From: Dipteris shenzhenensis
Lineage: Eukaryota
DNA: 64,000 nt
Assembly (NCBI GenBank): GCA_047967505.1
Contig: CM106538.1
Direction: 5' to 3' (one strand)
In this document: positions 25,557 through 37,859 of the stretch, piece by piece
How positions within the stretch are numbered: position 1 is the stretch's first letter
How the letters are laid out: each line of letters starts with the position of its first letter
Notes under the pieces: generated by a model
Told to the model about the DNA's origin: nothing
Databases searched by the model: none
The model's input: only the letters and a program-made list of their open reading frames with translations
Translations under genes and position numbers: made by a program

Positions 25557-27661
25557 ATGGCTAGACGCTGTCGCGACAATGATGGGGATATTGACCTCGA
25601 TGCAGAAGTTGACAATTTCTTTAATCGAAGAAATAATAACAATCAAGGCAGACATCCCTTGGAAAAACTGAAACTTCCCAAATATAATGGTAGGGGAGAT
25701 CCAGCCCGCTTCGTCCAACATTTTGATGCCGCATGCCGAGCAGGTGGAGATCAATCCCATGAAACCAAGGTGGCTTGGTTTCCCATGGCCTTAACTAATG
25801 AAGCGTCTGAATGGTACCTACACCTTCTAGTGGAAGAGCGCACCACAGGGGACCTACTTCAAACAAAATTCAAACAACGCTTCCAAACGGAGAGGCTACA
25901 AGATGATCCCGCTCTCCAACTAAGCAAGATCGAACAACGTCAGTGAGAAGATGCATGCACGTACCTGGGTAAGATGAAAAGATTATTCACCAAATGTAAC
26001 CCACGCCAAGATGCAAAGTACCTCACAGCATGGTTCATTGTAGGACTAAGAAAAGTCGAAAGGATATGAAAAAGATAAGCAGCTATGAAACGTTCATTGC
26101 TACTCATGCGGTAGCCATTGACATCGAGGATGGCATGATCGACTCAGACACTAGCAGTGATGACGGCAGATCTAGTACACGCGATAAGCGCTCGAAAAAG
26201 GGCAAATCAAAGGCCATTGCCGAAATGGAACAAAAACTTCACCAGTCTCAGCCGCCAACCAGACATATCCACGGCGTGAAAATGTCTGGTGTCCATAGTG
26301 CATGGAAAATCATACAGCAAATGAGTGCCCGGTCCTAAGAGCCAGGATCACTACACAAGCAAATCCACCGCTAAGGTTGTGGTGCCATATCTGCATCGTT
26401 GGCGGCCATGATGAAAACAATTGCATCTTCAACATGCACAACAACCCGCCACGACCTCAATAATACCAGGCGGCACCCATGCCAGTGTATAGGCAACTGG
26501 CACTTGCACAAGTGCCCCCAGCTCCGAGGCTAAATCCTGTTCCCATTCGGACACAAGTCCCACAACTACTCAGGAATCCGAATCCACGACCATATCCAAG
26601 AGCACCAAATCTAGCTCCTCAGGTAGTTCCAATATATCAATTACAAGCCGAGGAAGTACACTCGCCATTTGGGTATGAGGTAGAGTACCCAGTGTACTAT
26701 GTAGAAGGTGCAGAGGGTCTAATACCAGTTTATGAAAATCAAGTACGTCCCAATGCATATCGTGCACCAATCAAGTGCTACGGTTGTGGAGACAATCACC
26801 GGATCGTAGAGTGCCCTCATCGTGGTAGCCCAGCTACTTTCCAACCCTGCTGTAGAGATTGTAGCATAGGACATGCCTGTATGGATTGTCCCATGAAAAA
26901 TAAAGGCCCAGAGAACAACCAGAGCTTAAGCCTCATCCATGTCCCAATCGGCATCATTGGTGTGGACCATCAAAGTCTGGGTCTGACCAGTGTAATATCA
27001 CAACCTATAAATGTAATTACACGCCAACAGAAAGAGTCCACCAAGGACCCTAACATTCACACCAACCAAAGCGACTTCTGAAAAAGAAAGCACAAGTGCC
27101 TCCACGTCCGCCAAGCAATGAGCAGCCGAGCTCATCCACATCAACTCTCGAGCCTCAATAAAAGTAGCTCCATACCCAAATGTAGAGGTGGAGAAGGCTT
27201 GTTTTCAGGCACTTCAACAATGGGTACAAAACGAAAAAGCTCAATTTGAGGCTGAGAAACAAGCTCAAGACCCAATCCATGACTTGGCCCCACAAAGTAT
27301 TGATACTGTACTTGAGCCTCTGTTCCAACAACAGACTCCACAACATAATGTACCACCATGTCAACTTGAAGGAACCGCACTCTCTAGCATCCTGAGTTGC
27401 CCTATGTCAATTCCCATCGGAATCCTCCTATGGAATTGTCCCAATCTCTGGGAGAGTTTCAAAGGATGGATTGAACTCGCAAACCCCCCTCATCCTATGA
27501 ACGACATTGAAGATATCCCTGTGCAGATGGGTGAGAGAGATGGCATATGCAACATTATTGTGCCTTTGATCCACAAGGCATATAATGAAGTCCAAGCCAT
27601 AGTGGATGGTGGAGCAAGTGTAAATGTCCTATCAAAGGAGCTCTACAAACAATGGGGTCTT
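25557..27661 (+). pseudogene. Gypsy gag-protease, disrupted
   Basis: KLPKYNG..DP..F..HF and LTNEASEWY capsid motifs; four Cys/His knuckles at 26290-26890; protease IVDGGASVNV cut at 27661 by an LTR insertion. Confidence 0.85.
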
Positions 27662-28755
27662 TGACAAAATATGAAGAGGGGAGAGGAGAAGAGTGGAGAT
27701 GGGGAGAGAGGGCACAGCTAGAGAGCACACCACAAATGACTAACTGTACACTAGAATTAGTTGAAAAAATAGAATATATACAAACCCTTTTAGGGTTAGG
27801 GTTAGGGGATCTAACCCTTTCCTTTATAGCACTCTATAAGGTTAGTGCTATGCACATATGATCACGTGATGGTGCTATGCACACATGATCACATGATGTT
27901 GAGCGTGAACTCTCAACACCTTCCCTCAAGATCAACATCACGAAGTAGGCCTTCCCTCAAGATGATGATTCTGGGGAATCGAAGAAGGACTGAGCATTAC
28001 ATTCCATCACACCCCTTTAATGGGAATGTCCTTCCTCTGCATCAAACCAAGAGCTAGTCGGTGTTTCTCGAATAGCTCTTTACCGAGTGGTTTGGTAAAG
28101 ATGTCTGCAACATTTTCTTTGCTATCACAACGCTGCAGTGTGATGTCACTAAGTAACACTCTTTCTCTGATGAAGTGCTCTCTTACATCAATGTGCTTTG
28201 TTCTGGAGTGATATACTGGATTTTTGGCCAATGCTTGAGCCGATTGATTATCACAGTATATTGTTGTTGGCTTTGACTCATCAAAGTAATCTGTTTTTGA
28301 CAATAGTCTTCTGAGCCATATAGCCTCACATGCACCTGTAGTGAGTGCTCTATATTCTGCTTCAGTCGAAGACAAAGAAACAGTTGGCTGTTTGTTTGAC
28401 AACCATGATATAGCACCTTGACCAAGGAAAAATGCATATCCCTGTGTCGATCTCTTGGTCTCATGATCTCCGGCATAGTCACTGTCACAGTATCCATGCA
28501 ACCGTGGATGACTTCCTCTGTATTCTATCCCAAACTGTCTTGTACCTCTGATGTATCTCAAGACTCTTTTGGCTACATTCCAGTGAGACTGTTTTGGATT
28601 TGCCATAAATTGTGCTAGTGAGCTTACTGCATAACAAATATCTGGCCGTGTGATTGTCAGATATATAAGAGATCCAATGAGTTGCCTGTAGTATCTGTCA
28701 TTGACTGTAGGCTTTTCTGAATCTTTAGTAAGTTTCAAACTCTGTTCCATGGGGG
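27662..28755 (-). mobile_element. Copia 3' fragment (RT C-terminus/RNase H plus 3' LTR at 27662-27918)
   Basis: ORF 28007-28750 with TRPDI, CDSDYAG, KHIDVREHFIRE, ADIFTKPL; PPT GAGGGAAGG; LTR TGTTGAGAG..TGTCA. Confidence 0.9.
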
Positions 28756-29238
28756 TGGCTGCTCACGTGGAACCACATTGCAACAATCTGGAGGCCGCTT
28801 AAGTGACACTTGCAGATGACTAGTGCCTTGCATCGCTCTCACAAGAAGTATCTCGGAGTGGAGGCTCCATCGGCATATCTTCAACATCCCCATGACATGT
28901 GAGTCACCGCTGAGACCCACCATAAGTCTTTTTGTTAGATAATGCACTAAAATTGTTTCATCAAATTGTATTAGATCTTAAAGTAACATCATTTTACCAA
29001 CTATCAATTTGTGGATAGAATGCTATGCGCAACAAGTATTCTGGAAATGTATATCGGTACACAACTTATCCATGAGGGCAATTTCATTACTTATCTGGAA
29101 GTCAATTCATAAAAATTTATTTCAACCAATGGACTCGAGGGAGCGTATCATCTAGAGGTGCCTAAACAATGCAACAAAATTTTAAAAAATGGAATTCATC
29201 GGTGTGGACATGCTTGATTTGTAGTATGTAGGAATCCT

Positions 29239-31940
29239 TGTTGAGATATGGTGCCACAAGCACATAATTAGAGGCTAAGGTATGGTATAGGAAAGAATTA
29301 AAGTAGCCACCCTAGGATGTGGACTACATGATGTGGAGATGTGGATGAAGGATATCCACAAGGAGAGATGTGGATCAGAGGATCCCACATGTGTTGACTA
29401 TTCAAAGGGCACTCTCTATATAAGAGGCCTATCATGTATTGTTGATATAGCACATTTGGGAATAGATTGAGTGTTTCATACTTCCTGTCTCTCTCCCCAT
29501 GGCTTTCCGTATTTGGTTTGATCCTTTGTGATCTTTATGCTCATTAAGTGATAGATTAGGCTAGTACGATCCGCACTTTGTCATGGTATCAGAGCTTAGG
29601 TCTAGTGTCCTAGATTAATTGTAGGTTCACCTTAGGAGCACATGTTTTCTCCTAGGTTAGTTTTAGTTTTAGGTGAGAGAAATTCCATCCTTGCGAGAGT
29701 GAATTCCGTTCATTCGATCGAAATAATTCCGTCTATTCTTTTCATTCATTTCTTCAACATTTGTGAAAGATCTCCTTGTGAGAGAGATTATTGAGAGCCT
29801 AGACTCCGTCAAGAGAGTATTGTGTTTGAGAGAAAACCATTTCAAGAGCAAGATACTACATTTTGAGAGCGAGAGAGAGCTCTCTTTACTGCAGAGAATT
29901 TTGAGGTAAACACCTCCATCTACATCCTTTAGTAAGTGCTCACGTAGAGCTCCTTACTAAGCTTCTTGGCTGAGGTGGCACTCCATCAATAGTCTCTACT
30001 TCTATGTAAATCTCTCAAGCTATCAGCCCAATGATGCATCTGTGCACTGCTATTGTACTTCTCTTACACCCTGCACTACTAATTTCTTGCAACAGAGCTC
30101 CCTAGCTCACAACAAGGCACCTCCAAAGTCTATGCTACAGCTCGCTTCACCCACAACTACGAAGTCCTATAGCCCACTGGTCATGACCTCCACTAGTCTA
30201 CAGTGGCTCTCCAAGGCTGCCTCCTACTCGCATCTACAACCGGCAACGGAACATTACAGCAGCACCTCACGAACATCTCCAAGGCTCCATAAGCCTCTCC
30301 ATCATCCGAGCGGCTCACAAAGGCCAAATAATGGCTCCGCTCTGCCAGCCTAAGCTCCAAAGCACCATGCAATGGCCTCTCAGGACTAGCATATGCGTGC
30401 GACCACCATAAACACCTCCAAATGGCCTACAAGCCTACCTTGCTCGTAGCTCCATAGTTGCCAATGGCTCTAGCGCCTCCTACACAATGACTTGCAAACA
30501 AAAGGCTAGCCTCGCCTTCTCCAACAGCGCTCCTAGACTCTAGTCTCTAGTCTCCCGTGTCCTTCAATGCTGCTCCTACAAGACAGTCCCTCTCCAGAGC
30601 GACCTACAGCCAGACCAAGTCTTCCATCAACGAGCAATGATGGCTCCCCGCTCCTAACACCTCCAACTTCTGTAGTTCCTTGCACACGGACCTTCCGATT
30701 TCGTTGTTGCTCTTCATGCTCCTCCCGTTGTCGTTGTCGTCGCGCCTCTACAGTAGCTTGCAAAGTCTTTCTTTTTGTTTTCTAAGGATGAACCTTAGGC
30801 CACATGGCAGTCCCTTGACAGGACACATGGCAGATAAGGTTGGGTGTGTGTGTGGTTAAGTTCAACTTTGGTTAAGTTTATAGTTAGGTTCAATTTAGGT
30901 GGACCATGGTAAAGTAAATGTAACCTTGGGTTAACATGTTTGGGTTAAAAGATTGCCACATGGCATAGGGCCACCTCAGCACATTAAAACCCCCTACCAA
31001 GCACAGTTTGTAAGCAGCATATGAATCCTTGTGCCACATCATCAAGGTCCCCTCTTCTTCACAAAAACTTCCACAAGCCGTAACTTCCAATCCAGGAGGA
31101 ATTCGCTCCAAAAATGAAAAGTGATCGTCTTTTCAAGCTCCACGCGCCTGTTAGATCAAAATCATTGTTAGCAATTAGACACTGCCAATATTGAAAGAGA
31201 TCAATTGGTAAGACCTTTGCAACAAATGATAAATCAAAGCATGCAATAAGCATGCCAAAAGCACAAGTGCATGAGATTACCATAGCACAAAGCCTGGCAT
31301 CCACACATAAAGCATTAAGGCACATGGAAGAACAAAGCATCATGCATCAAGCTACGTTAAGAGAAGAAGCGAACGCCATCAACAAACAAAAACCTTGCCA
31401 ACCTTGCCCATATGTTTTGTAAATCAAACCTGACCACCTGAGAGTAGCTATGAAAGCACCCAGGGGAGGTATTGACATGTAGAAACCACACTTGACCACC
31501 TTAAGTAGCAATGCATGCACTAAGGGGAGGTGATGGATTTGTAACTCACATCTGACCACCTTGTAGTAGCCAAAGGATCATGGCACCAAGGGGAGGTGTT
31601 GAGATATGGTGCCATGAGCACATAATTAGAGGCTAAGGTATGGTATAGGAAAGAATTAAAGTAGCCACCCTAGGATGTGGACTACATGATGTGGAGATGT
31701 GGATGAAGGATATCCACAAGGAGAGATGTGGATCAGAGGATCCCACATGTGTTTACTATTCAAAGGGCACTCTCTATATAAGAGGCCTATCATGTATTGT
31801 TGATATAGCACATTTGGAATAGATTGAGTGTTTCATACTTCCTGTCTCTCTCCCCATGGCTTTCCGTATTTGGTTTGATCCTCTGTGATCTTTATGCTCA
31901 TTAAGTGATAGATTAGGCTAGTACGATCCTCACTTTGTCA
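29239..31940 (+). mobile_element. Complete non-coding LTR element (LARD/large TRIM-like), 2.7 kb
   Basis: Near-identical LTRs at 29239-29583 and 31597-31940; PBS TGGTATCAGAGC at 29584; PPT AAGGGGAGG; TSD ATCCT; no recognisable protein domain. Confidence 0.95.
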
Positions 31941-33230
31941 ATCCTTGTATATGGATTTGAGTTAAAAATATATGGGCGCTTGCACAAAAAACAATTGGTT
32001 ATTTAAAGCAAAATCTATAATGACTCTCTTAGTTGAATGAAGCAGTTTCTTCTTCTTTGTAATTTGTCGTGTTTTCAAATTAAAGAAGAGAACACTTTTT
32101 TCAATTGATAATACTATACATTTTTGGGTTCTCGAGTAAAATGTAAGTAATATTTGATGCATTCTTTTTTCATAAAAGTACTAGTTTTTTTAAATCTTTG
32201 ACTTGAAGTGTATATTCTTTCCCTATAATTTTGAAAAATGCACATTTGTTGGGCTTTTTCAAAAAACGGAGTTGACTTGTCATTTGCATGATTTTGTTGT
32301 TGTTTGTTATGACTCGGTGTATTTAAAGCTTTGTACATCACTTCGATCACTTAATCTATAATATTGGATACATACAAACATATAGATATATGTAGATATT
32401 TAGAATCTTTTGTCTAACATTACGGTATCTTGACACTATCTAGACTCGGAGTGTTCTCATGCCATACTAAGTGCTACCGTCATCATAGCGACATCTCTTC
32501 CTCTCTCATTAGCATTATCCAACCACTTTATTTTAAATATTCAACTCAATTTAATCAAAATATTTCATCTCATATTCTGGTCCTTGGCCTGTCAAAGGAC
32601 ACTATCTAGTCATATAGCTAAGAAAACAACACTTCAATCCCTTTGGAAATATTTTAATATTGGATATATACTAACAAAATGTGAAAAGAGGAGATGAGAA
32701 GAGATGAGGAGAGAGGTCACAGCTAGAGATCACACCGCAAATGACTAACTATACACTAGATTTAGTTGAAAATGTAGAATATATACAAACCCTTTTTGGC
32801 TTTGGGATAGGATTAGGGTTATGGCATCTAATCCTTCATGATGTTGAGATGGTTTCTCAAACCCTTCCCTCAAGATCAACATCATGAAGTAGGCCTTCCC
32901 TCAAGATGATGATTCTAGGGAATCGAAGAAGAACTTAACATTACATTCCATCACACCCCTTTAATGGGAATGTCCTTCCTCTATGTCAAACCAAGAGCTT
33001 GTTGGTGCTTCTCAAAAAGCTCTTTGTCAAGTGATTTGGTAAAGATGTCTGTAACATTCTCTTTGCTATTACAATGCTACAGTGTGATTTCACCAAGTAA
33101 CACTCTTTCTTTGATGAAGTGCTCTTTGACATCAATGTGCCAATGATTGAGCCAATGATTCTTGGCCAATGATTGAGCCTATTGATAAAAATAGTATATT
33201 GTTGTTGGCTTTGATTGAACCTATACTGGA

Positions 33231-35471
33231 TGAAGGACAAATTGATGTAATGGGATCTAGAGTCCTAAGGTCTAAGGTTGTGAGTGTGTGAACACATGGT
33301 GTGCCTGGGTAGGTGTCAGTAGGTGTGATTGAGTGAATCTAGGTGTGTGGTGTGTGATTGAGAGAATCATGGAACTGATTGAGAGATTTGTGGATCTAGA
33401 TGCTCTAGTGAGCTCATATGTGATGTCACTACTAGAGCCTATATATTGGGCCTGTGTCTCTCTTAAATAAACTCTCTCTTTTTTATTCACTTGCTCAATC
33501 CTTCTTGAAACTCCAACATGTGGTATCAGAGCCTTGGTTCACTCTCCTTGAGACCTCCTTCAGCGCCATGTCATCTATAGTTTCTCCTCATTCCTTGGAC
33601 CATTTGCTCTCAAAATTCACCAACAGGTAGCCCATAGGGTCGCCTAAGTGCACCTCAAACCATTTTTGAAATGGTGGCTCCAACAAGTTGTATCATCAGA
33701 AATAGCGTGGGATAGGGTGAGTGTAAGCATGGGCTGTAGAAGGGCAATTTTCAAAAACCCTCTAGAGTGGAAGTGCACCTATATAAGGGGAATCTATGGC
33801 TGAAAGGATTTGGAGAATGGTCACCTACATTGGGAGAACAAGTGCTTGGAAATTCTCCTCAAAACAGGAGAAAATGGAGAAGAAGAGAGTGTGAGGGAGA
33901 AGTCGGGTTTTTCAAGAAGACATGGTTTTTGGAGGCAGAGAACATGCTACTGCCCTTGGAGGTGTGAAGCTTCTTTTGGTCTGAAACTTGCACTGAGTCT
34001 TCTACTCCCAAGGATCATTAAATGCACAGCAAATGCCCTCTAGTTGATGCTTTGTGGTGTCATGTAGCAATCCTCCAAGGTTACTCTATTTTTGCAAGCA
34101 TTTCTTGACTATTTTTTGAAAATAGATGCTACATTGAATGCTAAGTTGATGCTTGAGGAGTTAAAATTCAAATCAAAGATTCAGAGATTTCTTTTTCAAA
34201 TCAGAGAATGCTCTTTTAAGTTCAGTTGAATGCATTTTTTACCTTTTATGTTGAGGATTAAGTTTATGATACTTTGACGTGGATTTCAAGTCATACTATC
34301 TTGTTGACTAGTTCACTAGTTCACTAGTGTGGGTTGACTATGACAAGAGCTTACATGAAGGAAGAATATATCATGACTTGCATGATGATTTCCAATGGAT
34401 ATGATTGGAACAAAGGTTTCAACTACAACCATTATGATTCTTATTTTAAAGATGCTTTAGTTATGGTTTCAATACCTTTCATGATGTATGAAATGTACTT
34501 GCATTTGGTTCACTATACCTTGCCATACAATCATGACCACCTCTTGTACAAGAGTAGACACTGCCCTTGCATGACAAGTCGTACGACCCTCTTCAGCCCA
34601 TATGATTCACAAAATATTTTTAAGGCTTGGACACTCAAAGAAGGTGAAGGACTACAAGGATTTCGTATTGCAGAATATGGACAAGATACATTAAACAGTG
34701 TGGAGAAGGACAAAGAGCAAAGAAGTTACAATATTGGCTACACCAAGAACCTCTCCAATGACAATGAAGCTCACACTATGGTAGCTTGGAAGAGAAGGAG
34801 AAAAAGGACAAGATATGCCATCAAAGGGGGGTATTTCCCCACATCTTCAAATTAGGAATGTTTTTGTGTGTGTGGTCAATAAGGGTTCTCTGCCTTGGGA
34901 TGTCCCCCTCAAATGATTGTTAGTCTTATGTGCTACCTTGTTGGATCTAAGGGTATTTCCATGCATAGTCATTGTCTATGTCCCAATTGTAAACCAACAA
35001 ACCAAAGACAGAGTGAGATCATGTTGGGATGAGGATGCCCAAATGAGTCTACTACTGATGCAACTAGAGTGAGTACCAGGTTATGGATCATGTGTGTTGC
35101 CACTAGAGGTGGGCAAGCCATGAAGTTTCCCTTGGACTACTGCTAGGGTTGAGGTCATCAATTTGTGGGGGGGAATGAAGGACAAATTGATGTAATGGGA
35201 TCTAGAGTCCTAAGGTCTAAGGTTGTGAGTGTGTGAACACATGGTGTGCCTGGATAGGTGTCAGTAGGTGTGATTGAGTGAATCTAGGTGTGTGGTGTGT
35301 GATTGAGAGAATCATGGAACTGATCGAGAGATTTGTGGATCAAGATGCTCTAGTGAGCTCATATGTGATGTCACTACTGGATGTAACTGGAGCCTATATA
35401 TTGGGCCTGTCTCTCTTGAATAAACTCTCTCTTTTTGCTTCACTTGCTCAATCCTTCTTGCAACTCCAACA
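33231..35471 (+). mobile_element. Complete non-autonomous LTR element, 2.2 kb
   Basis: LTRs at 33231-33518 and 35176-35471; PBS TGGTATCAGAGC at 33521; G-run PPT; TSD CTGGA/CTAGA with one mismatch; no intact domain. Confidence 0.9.
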
Positions 35472-37191
35472 CTAGATTCTTAGCCAATGATTGAGCCTAT
35501 TGATAAAAATAGTATATTGTTGTTGTCTTTGATTCATCAAAGTCATCTATTTCTGACAATCGTCTTCTAAGCCTTATAGCCTCACATGCACCTGTACTGA
35601 GTGCTCTATATTCTACTTCAGTTGTAGACAAAGAAACAATTGGTTGTTAGTTTTTGACAACCATAATCTAGCACCTTGACCAAGAAAAAATGCATATGCT
35701 TGTGTGAATCTCCTGGTCTCATGATCTATGGCAGAGTCACTCTATCATAGTATCCATGCAACCTTGGATGACTTCCTCTGTATTCTATTCCAAACTATCT
35801 TTAACTCTTATGTATATCAAGACTCTTTTGGTTGCATTTTAGTGAGACTGGATTTGCCATAATGATCTCTGGTATAGTCACTATCATAGTATCCATGCAA
35901 CCTTGGATGACTTCCTCTGTATTCTATTCCAAACTGTCTTGTAACTCTTATGTATATCAAGACTCTTTTGGTTGCATTCTAGTGAGACTAGATTTGCCAT
36001 AAACTATGCAAGTCAACTTACTGCATAATAAATATCTGGTCATGTGTAGTCAGATATATAAGAGATCCTATGAGTTATTGGTAATACCTGTCATTGATGG
36101 TAGGTTTTTCTGAACCTTTCGTAAGTTTCAAACTCTATTCCATGGTAGTGGCTACAATCTTTGCAATCTACCATATAAAACTTCTTTAGGAGACTGTCAA
36201 CATATGTTAGCTAACTCGTGAAGGTGCTATCTGAGTCTCTCCAGAACTCAATACCAATACAATAGTGCATAAGTCCAAGATCTTTCATGTCAAACTCTGC
36301 AGTATAATTCTTGTTTTAACTTTTTGATGAAGCTATCATTGCTTCTCGTCACAATCAGATCATCTACATACAAAAGTGCAATAGTGATGTCTTTCCCTTG
36401 AACTTTGTAGTAGAGAGTATGATCTGTATTGGATTTCATGTATCCTAGATTAGCAAAATGCTTGTAAAATTGCTATACAAAATTTTGTGTGCTTGCTTTA
36501 ATCCATAGAGACTTTTCTTGAGATGGCAACCTGATTCTCTGTTCTTGGTTCAACATAACCTATTGGTTGTTGCATGTATTGTTGTGCAAATCCTTTTGCA
36601 ACCAATCTGGATTTGTATCTTTTAATGCTTCCATCTAGATTATACTTCACTTTGTAAACCCATTTGTTTGCTATGGCCTTCTTTCCTAATGGAAGGTTGC
36701 ATAATTCCCAAGTATTATTCTTGTACAAAGCTTCCGTTTCTTTATTCATAGCAGTTTGCCATTCTGGCTTGTCAACTGCATCTTTGAAGTACACTGGCTT
36801 TTCTATGGTCATGATGGTAGTCATAAGAGCCTAATTGGTGGTTTCAACCTAAATTGTTTTGTCTTTTTGAGCATATGTCAATATGGCTAGTGGTCTGCTT
36901 TCCCTAGTAGACCATCTGAGTTGCTATTGCTTCTGTAGGTGATTGAGTAATCGGTGTGTCTATCTCCTGTGTATTTGAGGTTTTCCATTTTGATTCATCA
37001 TCAAAGATTACATCTCTAGAGATAATGACATTATAATTGATGGGATCATATAGCTTGTATGCTTTTCTTTATTCACTGTAGCCAACCATAATGCATTTAT
37101 GTGATTGTGCATCCAATTTTTTGCAGATGATCGTCATATATGTGGGCATATGCTATGCAACCAAATATGCGAAGATGCCCAATGCGTGGCT

Positions 37192-37859
37192 TGTTAGATA
37201 TGCTCAATGCCCCACCCTCCTAGTAACCACCAGTGGTCTAAGGTGCTCAAGTTGTAAGGCCCCCATATGAGGAGAAGCCATGTGTGAGCCTGGGACATTG
37301 GATGGATCTTGACTTGCATGTCAGATGAGGTCTATCAATGAGAGTGTTGATGGTAGAAAGGTGATTGTATGGGAGCCCCTTATTCTTATTGGGGTTTGGG
37401 GCCACCAGATGGCCCCCCACTGGGGGGTCCCAAGGGGGCTGGCGGCCCCCCTAGTGGGGGTTCGGGGGCGAGAGCCCTTGAGGCGACGGTATAGGGAATA
37501 TTCCTTGAATATTCCATGGATGACTAGTCGATTCCACTGACTAGGTTGACTGGTCGGCTCCACCGACTAGGTCGACTAGTCAACTCCACCGACTATGTTG
37601 ATTCGACTACCACCCTCATAGCTATAAAGAGGCGACCTCCCCAGTCCATTGTATCAGATTAGTTCAGATCAGATAAGATCTTCCAGCTAGTAGCTCTTCA
37701 CCTAGTATCTATCTAGATCGCCATCTAAGCTCCACTTGGGAGCACACGGGTGGACGAAGCCATCATCTATACTACACCAGTATTGAAGGAAAAGTTTGTT
37801 CCTCTCTAGTTTGCTATGTACTCTCTATTTTCTATTCCACTGCGCCGTGTAATTTGACA
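37192..37859 (+). mobile_element. Solo LTR
   Basis: TGTTAG...TGACA with TSD TGGCT; TATAAA near 37623; related to 55422-56049. Confidence 0.9.

Larger units (their letters stand above)
20631..27661 (+). mobile_element. Athila/Tat-like Gypsy element: long 5' LTR, PBS, long leader and gag-protease, truncated
   Basis: LTR end GAGCCAACA at 22874; PBS TGGCATCGCTGTCGGGGG at 22877 (tRNA-Asp-like); gag from 25557. LTR start is an estimate. Confidence 0.7.

Noticed and set aside
29239-35471. Retrozyme (hammerhead) or Cassandra (5S) identity for the non-coding LTR elements
   Set aside because: By eye I found no CTGANGA..GAAA core with stems and no 5S rRNA-like sequence in the LTRs. An Infernal/Rfam scan would be decisive.
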